UHGV virus genome: UHGV-0040432
Length of the DNA stretch: 39,935 nucleotides
Strand: one strand, 5' to 3'
Source of the DNA: a virus
Numbering within the stretch: the first letter of the stretch is position 1; the number at the start of each line of letters is the position of its first letter. Below, piece by piece: positions 17,361 through 27,572 of the stretch. Made by a program: the position numbers and the translations under genes. The notes below the pieces were generated by a model, which saw nothing but the letters and a program-made list of their open reading frames with translations, searched no databases and was not told where the DNA came from.

Positions 17361-17884
17361 CAGCGGTTTTTGCTTTTGTTAAGGCGCGGTGGAAAACAAT
17401 CATAGTTTTGCTGATGTTGGCTGGTGCATTTCTTGCCGGGAATATCTGGAGTGAGCGGGGCTGGCAAAAGAAGTGGGCTGACCGTAATAGCATGGAATCT
17501 TCACAGGAAGCGAACGCGCAAACTGCCGCACGCTGGATTGAACAAGGGCGCATAATTGCCCGTGATGAGGCTGTAAAAGATGCACAAGCACAAGCCGCTA
17601 AATCTGCTGCCACTGCTGCTGGCCTGTCTGCCACTGTTAGCCAGTTGCGCACCGAAGCAACAAAGCTTGCCGCCCACCTGGACGCCGCAAAGCACACCTC
17701 AGATCTTGCCGCTGCCGTCAGAAGCAAAACAGCCGGAGCCGACGCCGCAGTGCTCGCCGACATGCTCGGACGCCTTGCAGAAGAAGCTCGATATTATGCT
17801 GAGCGATCTGACGAAAGCTACCGGGCTGGAATGACATGTGAGCGTGTTTACGACTCAGTGAGAGAGTCAAACAATAGCAGGTAA
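17357..17884 (+). CDS. Rz-like inner-membrane spanin
   Basis: 175 aa with N-terminal transmembrane segment and Ala/Gln-rich coiled-coil region; follows the endolysin with ATGA overlap. Confidence 0.7.
   Translation: MTAVFAFVKARWKTIIVLLMLAGAFLAGNIWSERGWQKKWADRNSMESSQEANAQTAARWIEQGRIIARDEAVKDAQAQAAKSAATAAGLSATVSQLRTEATKLAAHLDAAKHTSDLAAAVRSKTAGADAAVLADMLGRLAEEARYYAERSDESYRAGMTCERVYDSVRESNNSR
17580..17834 (+). CDS. Rz1-like outer-membrane lipoprotein spanin, embedded in the Rz gene in another frame
   Basis: 84 aa with lipobox LLASC and Pro-rich mature region, fully inside the Rz gene. Confidence 0.7.
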   Translation: MHKHKPLNLLPLLLACLPLLASCAPKQQSLPPTWTPQSTPQILPLPSEAKQPEPTPQCSPTCSDALQKKLDIMLSDLTKATGLE

Positions 17885-17967
17885 TCTCCGAGAGTAAGGG
17901 ACAATGCTATGTGATACATCGTGATTATTCGTTAGACTTCTCTTACCGTTAGGGATGAGGTCACCAA

Positions 17968-18312
17968 ATGAAAATCAGATATGTAATTGCGTTAACATTA
18001 TCATTGCTCGTTGCCGGTTGTGATAACGCGCCAAAGTTTGATGGTTCAAGCCAGGAGTCACTTCGATACTCAGCAGAGAAGGTATTCGAACCTTTGTCTG
18101 AAGAGAAGAAAGCTGAACTAAAGACAGCTATTATCGATACGCTGAATTACTACGACACCCAGGCAGAGCTAACCAACGACAAAAGCTATTCGTCGAATAA
18201 TATGCGGCTGGTTGTATTAGATGGGAAGACTGCCGATCAGGTTGTTTCTGAGGCAGCCAGCTATCGAGATAAAAAAGAGAAACTCGAGAAGAAATATTTA
18301 CATAATCAATGA
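17968..18312 (+). CDS. Lipoprotein of unknown function (moron between lysis genes and cos)
   Basis: Signal peptide with lipobox LVAGC; AT-rich coding sequence; GAGG Shine-Dalgarno; own terminator downstream. Confidence 0.65.
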   Translation: MKIRYVIALTLSLLVAGCDNAPKFDGSSQESLRYSAEKVFEPLSEEKKAELKTAIIDTLNYYDTQAELTNDKSYSSNNMRLVVLDGKTADQVVSEAASYRDKKEKLEKKYLHNQ

Positions 18313-18316
18313 TAAG

Positions 18317-18340
18317 AGGCCGCATTTAGCGGCCTTTTTC
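18317..18340 (+). terminator. Intrinsic terminator after the lipoprotein gene
   Basis: GGCCGC-attta-GCGGCC hairpin followed by T5. Confidence 0.75.
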
Positions 18341-18371
18341 ATACCTATTAATTGATAATCACTATCATTTG

Positions 18372-18420
18372 CGCGGGTCCTCCTGGCGATTCTGAACACC
18401 GAGGGGGCGAGGACACGCGG
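18372..18420. other. Candidate cos / packaging-initiation region
   Basis: Inverted repeat CGCGGGTCCTC ... GAGGACACGCG around a G-rich core (GGGGGCGAGGAC) directly upstream of the Nu1-like gene; I recall it as similar to lambda-type cosN but did not verify. Confidence 0.35.
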
Positions 18421-18533
18421 AAAACGGCTGGTTTTTTGCATTTTATCGACATCATCATCATTCCCTTAACTTGTTGATATTTCAGTCGTGAAATTATTCA
18501 CGATGTCGAAATGGTTAAATATTGTTCATCATC

Positions 18534-19040
18534 ATGGATAACGAACTGAAGAACCTTCGCCTCAACATCAATCAACTGGCAGCGGTGACCGATCTTCATC
18601 GTCAGACGATCGCAAGCAGGCTGAATAATGTTGAGCCCGCTCCAGGCAGTAATTCTCGTCTCAAGCTTTATTCTGTTGTCGATATTCTCCGGGAACTGCT
18701 GGGCCGAACCACGGCACCCGAGCTGGTGGATATCGATAAGATGTTACCGCCGGATCGTAAGGCGTGGTTTCAGTCCGAACGCGAGAGGCTTAAATTCCAG
18801 CAGGAAACAGGTGAGTTAATCCCGGCATCGACAGTTACCCGAGAATTTTCATCGATGGCAAAAGCCGTCGTTCAGGTGCTGGAAACGCTGCCGGATATTC
18901 TTGAACGTGATTGTGCGATGACGCCTGCAGCTGTCGTTCGGGTTCAAAAAGTCATTGATGACCTGCGGGATCAGATAGCCCTGAAGGTTGAGCAGGCAGA
19001 TACGCCGGAACAGGAGGACAGTTCGCCAGAAGAGGAGTAA
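18534..19040 (+). CDS. Terminase small subunit (Nu1-like)
   Basis: N-terminal HTH-like LNINQLAAVTDLHRQTIASRL; acidic C-terminus; immediately precedes the large terminase. Start at the first ATG (track ORF begins at an upstream TTG). Confidence 0.7.
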   Translation: MDNELKNLRLNINQLAAVTDLHRQTIASRLNNVEPAPGSNSRLKLYSVVDILRELLGRTTAPELVDIDKMLPPDRKAWFQSERERLKFQQETGELIPASTVTREFSSMAKAVVQVLETLPDILERDCAMTPAAVVRVQKVIDDLRDQIALKVEQADTPEQEDSSPEEE

Positions 19041-19043
19041 GCC

Positions 19044-21161
19044 ATGCGACAGGCCACGGCGGCGGAGCTAAGAAAAAACACTGCCGGGATCATCAGAGCA
19101 CCGCGTCGAATGCCTGTAGCCGAAGCCGTACATAAATATATGCGTGTTCCGGTCGGCGTGGGTAACTCCGTTGAGTGGGATCCTAATCTTGCCCCTTATG
19201 TTGTGGAGCCGATGAACTGCCTGGCATCACGCGAATATGATGCTGTCATTTTTGTTGGCCCTGCCCGAACGGGTAAAACCATTGGTCTGATTGATGGCTG
19301 GGTGGTGTACAACGTTGTCTGTGATCCGTCTGACATGCTCATCATTCAGATGACGGAAGAAAAAGCGCGCGAACACTCAAAAAAACGTCTGGCCCGAACA
19401 TTTCGTGTCAGCCCGGAGGTTGCATGCCGGCTGAGTCCTTCACGCAATGACAACAACGTGCATGACCGGACTTTCCTTGCCGGGAACTACCTGAAGATAG
19501 GCTGGCCGTCTATCAACATCATGTCGTCCTCAGATTTTAAGTGTGTGGCTCTGACGGATTACGATCGCTTCCCAGAAGATATCGACGGGGAAGGGGACGG
19601 ATTTTCGCTTGCTTCAAAACGTACCACCACCTTTATGTCGGCGGGGATGACGCTGGTCGAGAGTTCACCGGGCAGGGAAATAACCAATACGAAGTGGCGG
19701 AGAAAGTCACCTCACGAAGCCCCTCCCACGACCGGGATCCTGTCTTTATATAACCGCGGCGATCGTCGTCGCTGGTACTGGCCATGTCCACATTGTGGGG
19801 AATATTTCCAACCGGCCATGGAGGCGATGACAGGCTACCGGGAAACGTCTGACCCGGTAAAAGCCAGTGAAGCGGCGCATATTGAATGTCCGCATTGTAG
19901 CGGCATGATTACCGCCGACAGGAAGCGGGAACTGAACGGAAAGGGTGTCTGGTTGCGAGAGGGACAGACTATCGACCGTGAGGGCAACATCACCGGAGAA
20001 GCCCGACGCTCGCGCATTGCCTCGTTCTGGATGGAAGGACCAGCGGCGGCATACCAGACATGGGCGCAACTGGTTTACAAATTACTGACGGCGGAGCAGG
20101 ACTATGAGGCCACCGGCAGCGAAGAAACGCTCAAGACGGTAATTAATACGGACTGGGGGCTGCCTTATCTTCCCCGTGCAGCCAGTGAGCAGCGACGTGC
20201 TGACGTGCTGATGCTGCGGGCAGAAGACTATGGCAAACGACTTGTGCCGCCGAAAGTCCGTTTTCTTCTGGCTTCGGTGGATGTGCAGGGTGGGAAGAAG
20301 CGCCGTTTTGTCGTCCAGATCATCGGGTACGGTGAAAACGGCGAACGCTGGCTGGTGGACCGCTATAACATCCGCCAGTCCCTGCGTTGTGATGAAAATG
20401 GTGAGGCACAGCAGGTGCATCCCGGATCCTATCCGGAAGACTGGCAACTGCTCATCACGGATGTCCTCGAAAAAACCTATGCGTTGCAGTCAGACCCTTC
20501 GCGACGGATGCCCATTCTTGCAATGGCTGTCGACAGCGGCGGGGAAGATGGGGTTACGGATAACGCCTATAAATTCTGGCGCCAGTGTCGTCGTGACGGA
20601 CTGGGTAAACGGGTTTACCTGATAAAAGGTGACAGCACCCGACGCCAGAAAATCATTACTAAAACGCACCCTGACAACACAGGCCGAAGCGATCGCCGGG
20701 CGGATGCGCGTGGTGAGGTTCCGGTATATCTGTTGCAGACAGACCTGCTAAAAGATCAGCTCAGTAACAACCTTGAGCGTGAAACACCCGGTGCCGGGTA
20801 TATCCATTTTCCTGACTGGCTGGGGGAGTGGTTCTACGAAGAACTGACCTACGAAGAACGCGGTACGGACGGAAAATGGCGCAAACCCGGAAAAGGTAAT
20901 AACGAAGCCTTTGACCTTTTCTGTTATGCCCACGCCGTCGCTGTCCTGCGTGGTTATGAAAAAATCCGGGACTGGGAACAGCCCCCGGCATGGGCAGCTG
21001 CTCAGGAGAGTAATTCAAACATCATTGACGGGGAACGCCCCAGGGAGATTGCTGTGAAAAAAGCGGTACCTGTACGTTCGTCTCCTGTTTCTGTAACTGA
21101 ACAGCCCAGCCCGCTTTCTGGTGGCTGGCTGGGTGTCAGTGACAACGGAGGCTGGCTGTGA
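19044..21161 (+). CDS. Terminase large subunit (lambda gpA-like)
   Basis: 705 aa; Walker A VGPARTGKT; size and position as in lambda A. Confidence 0.85.
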   Translation: MRQATAAELRKNTAGIIRAPRRMPVAEAVHKYMRVPVGVGNSVEWDPNLAPYVVEPMNCLASREYDAVIFVGPARTGKTIGLIDGWVVYNVVCDPSDMLIIQMTEEKAREHSKKRLARTFRVSPEVACRLSPSRNDNNVHDRTFLAGNYLKIGWPSINIMSSSDFKCVALTDYDRFPEDIDGEGDGFSLASKRTTTFMSAGMTLVESSPGREITNTKWRRKSPHEAPPTTGILSLYNRGDRRRWYWPCPHCGEYFQPAMEAMTGYRETSDPVKASEAAHIECPHCSGMITADRKRELNGKGVWLREGQTIDREGNITGEARRSRIASFWMEGPAAAYQTWAQLVYKLLTAEQDYEATGSEETLKTVINTDWGLPYLPRAASEQRRADVLMLRAEDYGKRLVPPKVRFLLASVDVQGGKKRRFVVQIIGYGENGERWLVDRYNIRQSLRCDENGEAQQVHPGSYPEDWQLLITDVLEKTYALQSDPSRRMPILAMAVDSGGEDGVTDNAYKFWRQCRRDGLGKRVYLIKGDSTRRQKIITKTHPDNTGRSDRRADARGEVPVYLLQTDLLKDQLSNNLERETPGAGYIHFPDWLGEWFYEELTYEERGTDGKWRKPGKGNNEAFDLFCYAHAVAVLRGYEKIRDWEQPPAWAAAQESNSNIIDGERPREIAVKKAVPVRSSPVSVTEQPSPLSGGWLGVSDNGGWL

Positions 21162-21373
21162 CGAAATCAGAAATTCAGCAGATGCTGGTAACTCTGCGCC
21201 AGGCTTACCGGGATTCTCTGGACGGTAAAAGCGTGTCATTCACGGGGGTTAATGGCCGGGCAATTACCAACCATGACCCCAAAGCCCTGCGTGACGAGCT
21301 TGAATACTGGGAAAGGCGCTGGCGCGCTGTCTCAAACCGCAACGGCTCGTTCAAACTCGCTAACTTTCTGTAA
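21158..21373 (+). CDS. Head-tail joining protein (gpW-like)
   Basis: 71-aa ORF between terminase and portal, as lambda W; ATGA overlap with the terminase. Confidence 0.6.
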   Translation: MTKSEIQQMLVTLRQAYRDSLDGKSVSFTGVNGRAITNHDPKALRDELEYWERRWRAVSNRNGSFKLANFL

Positions 21374-21381
21374 GGCAAATC

Positions 21382-22893
21382 ATGGGATTTTTTGAAAAGG
21401 CACTGGGCGCAATATCGCCCGGGTGGGCGGCATCACGCGCACAAAACCGACTCAGACTCAGAGCCTATGAGGCAGCAAATCCGACTCGGCTGCATAAGGG
21501 GAAACGTGAATCCCGGTCAGCGGACACCGCTGTATTTGCAGCCGGTACTTCATTACGAGAGCAGGCCCGCTGGCTTGATGAAAACCATGATCTGGTGATT
21601 GGTCTTTTTGACAAGATGGAGGATCGGGTTATCGGTGCTCACGGGATCCACGTTGAGCCGCAGCCGCTTGATCTTGAGGGTAATCTCCACTCTGAGTTTG
21701 CTGGTCAGTTATCCGCGCTCTGGGCGGAATGGTCGGTTCGTCCGGAAGTGACCGGGATGTTTACCCGTCCGGAAGCAGAGCGGCTTTTGTTACGTTCAGC
21801 ACTGCGTGATGGTGAAGTGTTTACACAGATGGTGCGGGGAAATGTAGCCGGTTTGCAGCATTCAACCCAGGTACCGTTTTCTCTTGAACTGCTGGAGGCG
21901 GATTTTGTTCCGTTTAACCTGAACAGTACCTCCGGGCAGCAGATCCGCCAGGGGATTATTGTCAATGCCTGGGGGCGACCGACGGGCTACAGAGTTTATA
22001 AGAACCATCCTGCCAGTTTTGCGGGACTCAATGCTGATTTAAAAACTGTTTCGGCTGACAGCATGCTGCACCTGGCTATGCGTAAACGGCTTCACCAGTT
22101 AAGGGGAATCAGCCTCATCCATGGCGTGATCACCCGACTCTCCGATATTAAGGATTATGAAGAGAGTGAGCGCGTGGCGGCACGTATTGCGGCGGCGCTG
22201 GGTTTCTATATCAAACGTGGGGATGCTCAGTCTCTTGATACAGAAACCGAGTTTTCAACACCGGGTGGACAGCGCCATTACGATATTGCGCCGGGGATGA
22301 TTTATGACGAGCTAAAGCCAGGCGAGGATCTGGGCATGGTGGAGTCGAATCGCCCGAATGTTCATCTGTATGAGTTCAGGAATGGTCAGATGCGCGCTGT
22401 TGCGGCGGGGACACGTGGCAGTTATTCCAGCATCGCGCGGGATTACAACGGTACCTACAGTTCACAGCGGCAGGAACTGGTAGAGAGTTTTGAAGGTTAC
22501 AACGTTCTGCAGCAGTGGTTTGTTGGGCAGCAAAGCCGTCCTGTATACCGAAACTGGCTGGCAATGGCGTTGCTCAGCGGCGTTACCATCCCCAAAGATG
22601 TCGACAAAAAATCCCTTTATAACGCGCTCTATCTTGGGCCAGTCATGCCGTGGATTGATCCGGGAAAAGAGGCTGCTGCCTGGAAGGCTATTGTCCGTGG
22701 AGGGGCAGGCACAGAAGCCGAATGGACGCGCGCACGTGGTCAGAATCCGCAGGAGGTGAAACGTCAGCGTCTCCGGGAAACCCAATTCAACCGAGAAAAC
22801 GGGCTGGTGTTCGACTCAGACGCCGCCAACGATAAAGGAGTGCTCCCTGATGCAGCAAATGATAAGCCCGCCCCGTCGCGGGACGATGATTAA
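21382..22893 (+). CDS. Portal protein (lambda gpB-type)
   Basis: 503 aa in the canonical portal position and size. Confidence 0.8.
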   Translation: MGFFEKALGAISPGWAASRAQNRLRLRAYEAANPTRLHKGKRESRSADTAVFAAGTSLREQARWLDENHDLVIGLFDKMEDRVIGAHGIHVEPQPLDLEGNLHSEFAGQLSALWAEWSVRPEVTGMFTRPEAERLLLRSALRDGEVFTQMVRGNVAGLQHSTQVPFSLELLEADFVPFNLNSTSGQQIRQGIIVNAWGRPTGYRVYKNHPASFAGLNADLKTVSADSMLHLAMRKRLHQLRGISLIHGVITRLSDIKDYEESERVAARIAAALGFYIKRGDAQSLDTETEFSTPGGQRHYDIAPGMIYDELKPGEDLGMVESNRPNVHLYEFRNGQMRAVAAGTRGSYSSIARDYNGTYSSQRQELVESFEGYNVLQQWFVGQQSRPVYRNWLAMALLSGVTIPKDVDKKSLYNALYLGPVMPWIDPGKEAAAWKAIVRGGAGTEAEWTRARGQNPQEVKRQRLRETQFNRENGLVFDSDAANDKGVLPDAANDKPAPSRDDD

Positions 22894-24952
22894 TCCCCGC
22901 GCCAGTGTGGCTGGTATCGATGCCGCAAACGGTCAGTGCTGGTATGAGATTCGCGCACTGGCTGCAGGGCGTGTGGAAATATTTCTCTATGACGTGATCG
23001 GCGGCTGGGGGATTACCGCTCAGCAGTTCGTCTCCGACTGTAAGGAGGCCGGGGTGTTTGAGGCCAGCGCTGTCGATCTACATATCCACAGCCCGGGCGG
23101 CGATGTGATGCAGGGATTTGCCATCTTTAACACCTTGTCCCGTCTGAAGGCGAAGCTGGATATCTGGGTGGACGGCGTGGCTGCCAGTATGGCTTCAATG
23201 ATTGTCTGCCTGCCCGGTGCCACGGTGCATATGCCGGAAAACGCCTGGCTGATGGTACACAAGCCGTGGGGCGGGATCGCCGGGGATTCCGATGATATGC
23301 GTGATTACGCTGCCTGGCTTGATCGTAATGAAGCGCTGATGCTCAGTGCCTACATGAACAAGACCGGGCTGGGGCAGGAAGAACTGGAGGCGATGCTGAA
23401 AGCTGAAACCTGGCTTAATGGCGCGGAGGCGGTGGAAAAAGGTTTCGCTGACACGCTTGAACCAGAACTGCAGGCCGCGGCCTGTGTGAATCAAAATAAA
23501 CTGAAGGATTATCAGAATATGCCAGAACAGATTAAAAACCTTTTTGGGCCGCGTGCCGAAGGCCCTGCAAGTCAGCCGCAACCCGCACAAAACCCGGCGC
23601 CGCAGGCCGCAAATAACCCACCGGCACAGCAACCCACCCAGCAACCGCTGGCAGGAAATATCGACATTACCGCGCTGGCCGCCCAGCTCCAGCAGCAGAT
23701 GCAGGCGGCGAATACTGAACGAGTAAGCGCAGTTTCCGCTGTGTTTGATGCGTTTCCTGCTTTCGGCTCGCTGAAAGCAGAATGCATCACGGATATTTCC
23801 TGCTCAGCGGAACAGGCCCGCACCAAATTGCTCAATGCGCTGGCGGCAGGCACTACCCCGAGTGCCGGACCGGGTGCAGTTCACATCCATGCGGGTAACG
23901 GGAACATTGTTGGTGATTCCATTCGTGCGGCGGTAATGAACCGTGCGGGCTATGCGCAGGCGGAAAAAGATAACGCCTACAACGGGTATACCTTGCGCGA
24001 ACTGGCCCGCGCCTCGCTGGTGGATCGTGGTATCGGTATTTCTGGTGTCGGTACCGCACAGGCGATGGTTGGGCTGGCGTTCACCCACAGCAGCAGTGAT
24101 TTCGGCAATATCCTGATGGATGTGGCGCATAAGGCGGCATTGCTTGGCTGGGATGAGGCCAGCGAAACATTCGAACAGTGGACCCGTAAAGGCACACTGA
24201 CCGATTTCAAAACCGCACACCGCGTTGGCCTGGAGTCACTGGCATCGCTGCGTAAGGTTCGCGCCGGGGCGGAATATAAATATGTCACCATTAAAGATCG
24301 CGGTGAGCCGATTGCACTGGCCACCTATGGTGAGCTTTTCAGCATTGACCGCCAGACTATCATCAACGATGACCTGGATATGCTGACGCGTATCCCGCAG
24401 GCAATGGGGCTTGCTGCGCGAGCTACTGTAGGCGATCTGGTCTGGGCTGTACTGACCAGCAACCCGAAAATGTCGGACGGTAAGCCGTTGTTCCACGCCG
24501 ATCATGGCAACCTTGTTGCAGCCGATCTGAGTATTGAAGGGCTGGATACTGCACGTAAGGCAATGCTGCTGCAAAAATCCGGCGATCGTCGTCTGAATAT
24601 TCGTCCGGCCTACATGCTGACGCCAGTGGCAATTGAGTCACGGGCAAACCAGCTGATTAAGTCCGCCAGCGTACCTGGCGCAGACGCGAACAGCGGGATC
24701 GTTAACCCGATCCAGAACTTTGTGACAGTGGCTTCTGAGGCCCGCCTGGATGACAGCAGCCCGACGGATTTTTACCTGACTGCTGCGCAGGGGCGCGACA
24801 CCATTGAAGTGGCCTATCTGGACGGTATCGACACGCCGTATCTGGAGCAGCAGCAGGGCTTTACTGTGGACGGTGCCGCATTCAAGGTGCGCATTGATGC
24901 GGGTGTGGCCCCGCTTGACTGGCGCGGGCTGGTTAAAGTCACCAAAAAATAA
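22886..24952 (+). CDS. Prohead protease (ClpP/S14 family)-scaffold-major capsid fusion protein
   Basis: ClpP-like Ser motif (GVAASMASM) and His motif (HKPWGG) in the N-terminal third; Gln/Pro/Ala-rich linker; about 400-aa C-terminal domain consistent with a major capsid protein. Start uncertain (22850 or 22886). Confidence 0.7.
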   Translation: MINPRASVAGIDAANGQCWYEIRALAAGRVEIFLYDVIGGWGITAQQFVSDCKEAGVFEASAVDLHIHSPGGDVMQGFAIFNTLSRLKAKLDIWVDGVAASMASMIVCLPGATVHMPENAWLMVHKPWGGIAGDSDDMRDYAAWLDRNEALMLSAYMNKTGLGQEELEAMLKAETWLNGAEAVEKGFADTLEPELQAAACVNQNKLKDYQNMPEQIKNLFGPRAEGPASQPQPAQNPAPQAANNPPAQQPTQQPLAGNIDITALAAQLQQQMQAANTERVSAVSAVFDAFPAFGSLKAECITDISCSAEQARTKLLNALAAGTTPSAGPGAVHIHAGNGNIVGDSIRAAVMNRAGYAQAEKDNAYNGYTLRELARASLVDRGIGISGVGTAQAMVGLAFTHSSSDFGNILMDVAHKAALLGWDEASETFEQWTRKGTLTDFKTAHRVGLESLASLRKVRAGAEYKYVTIKDRGEPIALATYGELFSIDRQTIINDDLDMLTRIPQAMGLAARATVGDLVWAVLTSNPKMSDGKPLFHADHGNLVAADLSIEGLDTARKAMLLQKSGDRRLNIRPAYMLTPVAIESRANQLIKSASVPGADANSGIVNPIQNFVTVASEARLDDSSPTDFYLTAAQGRDTIEVAYLDGIDTPYLEQQQGFTVDGAAFKVRIDAGVAPLDWRGLVKVTKK

Positions 24953-24954
24953 CG

Positions 24955-24977
24955 ACCGCCGCCTGGCGGTTTTTTTA
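24955..24977 (+). terminator. Intrinsic terminator after the capsid gene
   Basis: ACCGCC-gcct-GGCGGT hairpin followed by T7. Confidence 0.75.
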
Positions 24978-25024
24978 TCCCTGAAGGCGGCGCTGGTCGC
25001 CTTTTCCTTTTATGGAGAAAAAAC

Positions 25025-25360
25025 ATGGCGAATAACTATCAGCAGGACGGTACCACACTGGATTATCACAATGCGGGTGTTGATGCCGTTTCATCCGGTG
25101 CGCTGGTGGCGGTCGGCGGAATTGCCGGGGTGGCACACAGCGATATTCCTGCTGGCGAGTGGGGAACACTGCATATGGCCGGTGTTTTTGTGCTGCCTAA
25201 AGCGGCAGAAGAAATTGCGGCTGGCCAGAAACTGTATCTGGCTGGCGGCAAGCTGACGGTGGCAAAAGGCGATGATGCAACGCCAAACCCGGTTGTTGGT
25301 TCCGCCTGGGGAGCAGCTGAGGCGGATGGTGCTGATGTTGCCGTCCGCCTGGGGTTCTGA
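25025..25360 (+). CDS. Head decoration / capsid cement protein (gpD-like)
   Basis: 111-aa Gly/Ala-rich protein immediately after the capsid gene; GGAGAAAAAAC Shine-Dalgarno. Confidence 0.55.
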   Translation: MANNYQQDGTTLDYHNAGVDAVSSGALVAVGGIAGVAHSDIPAGEWGTLHMAGVFVLPKAAEEIAAGQKLYLAGGKLTVAKGDDATPNPVVGSAWGAAEADGADVAVRLGF

Positions 25361-25716
25361 TGAGCCGGTTCCGGGAGCGTTTGGCTAAAGCAGATGCCCG
25401 GATTAACCGGGCGTTTGCCGAAGAAGTCCCTGCATGCCTGCAAACGGGTGAAGGCCCGCGTCTGGTGACCGTGATTTTTGAATCACCGGATGCGCTGTCG
25501 GGTGTACCGGGCGGCGGGGAAATTCAGAACCATTCCCCGGCGTTCAGTGCAATGACTGCGGATATTTCCGGTCTCGAAAAACATGACGGTGTGGTTATCA
25601 ATACCATCCCTTACCGGGTGACACATATCGGCGCGGATGAAGAAGGGCGGACCCGCGTCACGCTGGCATATGGGGAACCCGGCAAAACACAGCCTCAGAT
25701 CGATAAATGGAGCTGA
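25360..25716 (+). CDS. Phage head-tail connector region protein (unassigned)
   Basis: 118-aa ORF coupled to the decoration gene by ATGA overlap. Confidence 0.55.
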   Translation: MSRFRERLAKADARINRAFAEEVPACLQTGEGPRLVTVIFESPDALSGVPGGGEIQNHSPAFSAMTADISGLEKHDGVVINTIPYRVTHIGADEEGRTRVTLAYGEPGKTQPQIDKWS

Positions 25717-25726
25717 TATGGCGCGG

Positions 25727-26374
25727 GAGTCTCGACTGCGGCGGGATTTACCCGTCGATATTGATGTGGATGTTATCTGGCGAATTGCGGACAGTATCGG
25801 TGCGACGCAAAAACAGTTCCGTGCAGCATACTCGCGCGCGCTCAGACGTACTGCCGCCACGCTGCGAAAGAAAGCGATGGCGGATCTGAAAGACGGGCTG
25901 GCCCCACGCAGTATGGATCTGGTCCGGCGCCGTCTGCTGTCTTTTCGTCTGGACAGGGGATCACAACTGGATAATTTCCGGCTCTGGTTCGGGCTGAATG
26001 CCATTAAGGTGAAAGACCTTAAAGGACGAATCAACGGGCGGCTGCGACCGCACCATACCCGGCGTGACCGCAACACGGGGCGTTTTATTAAAGCGCGCCG
26101 CCAGGCAGAAAACGCCGGATTTTCCCCGAAAGGTAATCTGCTGAGCGAACGGTCGTTTGAAAACGGGGAGGTGTCCCGTTCAAAACGGGATAATCGCCGG
26201 ACGGTGGTTATTCGCGATCCCCAGACCCGCCGGACACGCGAAGCAGAAATAGATATCTACGAACCGATGCTGAACTACATCGAAGACAACGCATTTGCGG
26301 AAGCGATGGAGATTTTTATGCATCACTTTGAAACCGACATTCGCGGGCGCGTAAAAGCCCGTATTTCTGTCTGA
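25727..26374 (+). CDS. Basic (Arg-rich) phage structural/assembly protein (unassigned)
   Basis: Start at the ATG preceded by TGGAG; strongly basic composition. Confidence 0.55.
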   Translation, partial: ESRLRRDLPVDIDVDVIWRIADSIGATQKQFRAAYSRALRRTAATLRKKAMADLKDGLAPRSMDLVRRRLLSFRLDRGSQLDNFRLWFGLNAIKVKDLKGRINGRLRPHHTRRDRNTGRFIKARRQAENAGFSPKGNLLSERSFENGEVSRSKRDNRRTVVIRDPQTRRTREAEIDIYEPMLNYIEDNAFAEAMEIFMHHFETDIRGRVKARISV

Positions 26375-26385
26375 GGTAACGAACG

Positions 26386-26940
26386 ATGGCCGAGCCACTG
26401 TTACTGGGGCGGTATCACGATGCTGTGACTGACGCATTAAAAAAAATCGGATGGGTGCGTGATGCCGGTGCGTATCCGGAACGAAATGTTCCCCGCTTTT
26501 CGGGCCTGACCACGCCCGCGGTGTATTTCTCGATTAACAGCTGGGAACAGGGTGGAGGTAATGAGGGGCAACTGAGCGTTAATTTAACCTGTGATCTCTT
26601 CGTGGTGGTGGATGCCGCCGGATCGGGTGTGAGTCAGCCTGAGATTTTTGTCAGAACCGCTGCGGCCGATATTACCCAGTGGATTGACGGGCAGCAGTTT
26701 GGTCTGGGCCATATTGAGCCTGCGGTATTCACCACGGCTGAACGTGATGAGTTTGATCCGCGAATGGATGATTATCTGGTCTGGCGTATTTCATTCACCC
26801 AGGCGGCTGCATTTGGTACTGACCCCTTTGCACACAATGGCATGCCTCTGCAGCAGGCCTGGCTGGGTGCTGCACCTGATACGGGCCGTAATCACGTGGA
26901 TGACTATCAGCTTATCTGGGAGGCTCAGCCCGATGAGTGA
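26386..26940 (+). CDS. Phage structural protein (unassigned, head-tail joining region)
   Basis: 184-aa ORF between head and tail modules. Confidence 0.55.
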   Translation: MAEPLLLGRYHDAVTDALKKIGWVRDAGAYPERNVPRFSGLTTPAVYFSINSWEQGGGNEGQLSVNLTCDLFVVVDAAGSGVSQPEIFVRTAAADITQWIDGQQFGLGHIEPAVFTTAERDEFDPRMDDYLVWRISFTQAAAFGTDPFAHNGMPLQQAWLGAAPDTGRNHVDDYQLIWEAQPDE

Positions 26941-27550
26941 TATAGAAGGCGACCTGCAGCGCAGACTGGCGAACCTTGTCCGGCGCGGTGTTATTCATTC
27001 CGTCAGGCACGATCGCATCCCAAAATGCCGGGTGGATTTGGGGGATATCATCACGACCTGGCTGCCGTTGTGCCAGGGGTTTTCAGGAACCAACCGTGCT
27101 GATTCAAATCCTTATGCCGTGGGGGATGCGGTTACGGTCCTGTCCGAAGCCGGAGAACTCAACAACGGACGGGTGTTTCCCGGCTGGAACACAGGAAAGC
27201 TGCCGGTGCCGGAAGGAAGTGACAGCGAACACATTACGCGTTACAGCGACGGGACCGAGATCCGTTATGACAGGAACGCGCATGCCCTGACGATTACGCT
27301 GGCTGATGGTGGAACTTACAAAATTGTCGGTAAAGGCACGCTGGATGGTCCGGTTGAAATTACCGATACCCTGACAGTTCAGGGCAAAACCCAGATTAAT
27401 GCTGACACGTCGGTTGCAGGGAATATCGGGGCGTCAAAGGAGATAACGGACAAATCCGGCAGCATGAGCAAGATACGTGAAGTCTTTAACAACCACGATC
27501 ACCGCGGCGACAGCGGCGGGCTCACCGATAAACCTAATCAGAAAATGTGA
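26933..27550 (+). CDS. Baseplate assembly protein V (P2 gpV / Mu gp45-like spike)
   Basis: N-terminal RRGVIHS...CRVDLGD and C-terminal HDHRGDSGG resemble P2 gpV as recalled; ATG overlaps the upstream stop. Confidence 0.65.
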   Translation: MSDIEGDLQRRLANLVRRGVIHSVRHDRIPKCRVDLGDIITTWLPLCQGFSGTNRADSNPYAVGDAVTVLSEAGELNNGRVFPGWNTGKLPVPEGSDSEHITRYSDGTEIRYDRNAHALTITLADGGTYKIVGKGTLDGPVEITDTLTVQGKTQINADTSVAGNIGASKEITDKSGSMSKIREVFNNHDHRGDSGGLTDKPNQKM

Positions 27551-27572
27551 CCTGCTGCGGCAGGTTTTTTTA
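27550..27572 (+). terminator. Intrinsic terminator before the sheath gene
   Basis: ACCTGC-tgcg-GCAGGT hairpin followed by T7. Confidence 0.7.

Noticed and set aside
23020-24647. Minus-strand ORFs across the protease-capsid gene
   Set aside because: Antisense to a gene with ClpP motifs; low-complexity Arg/Cys-rich translations.
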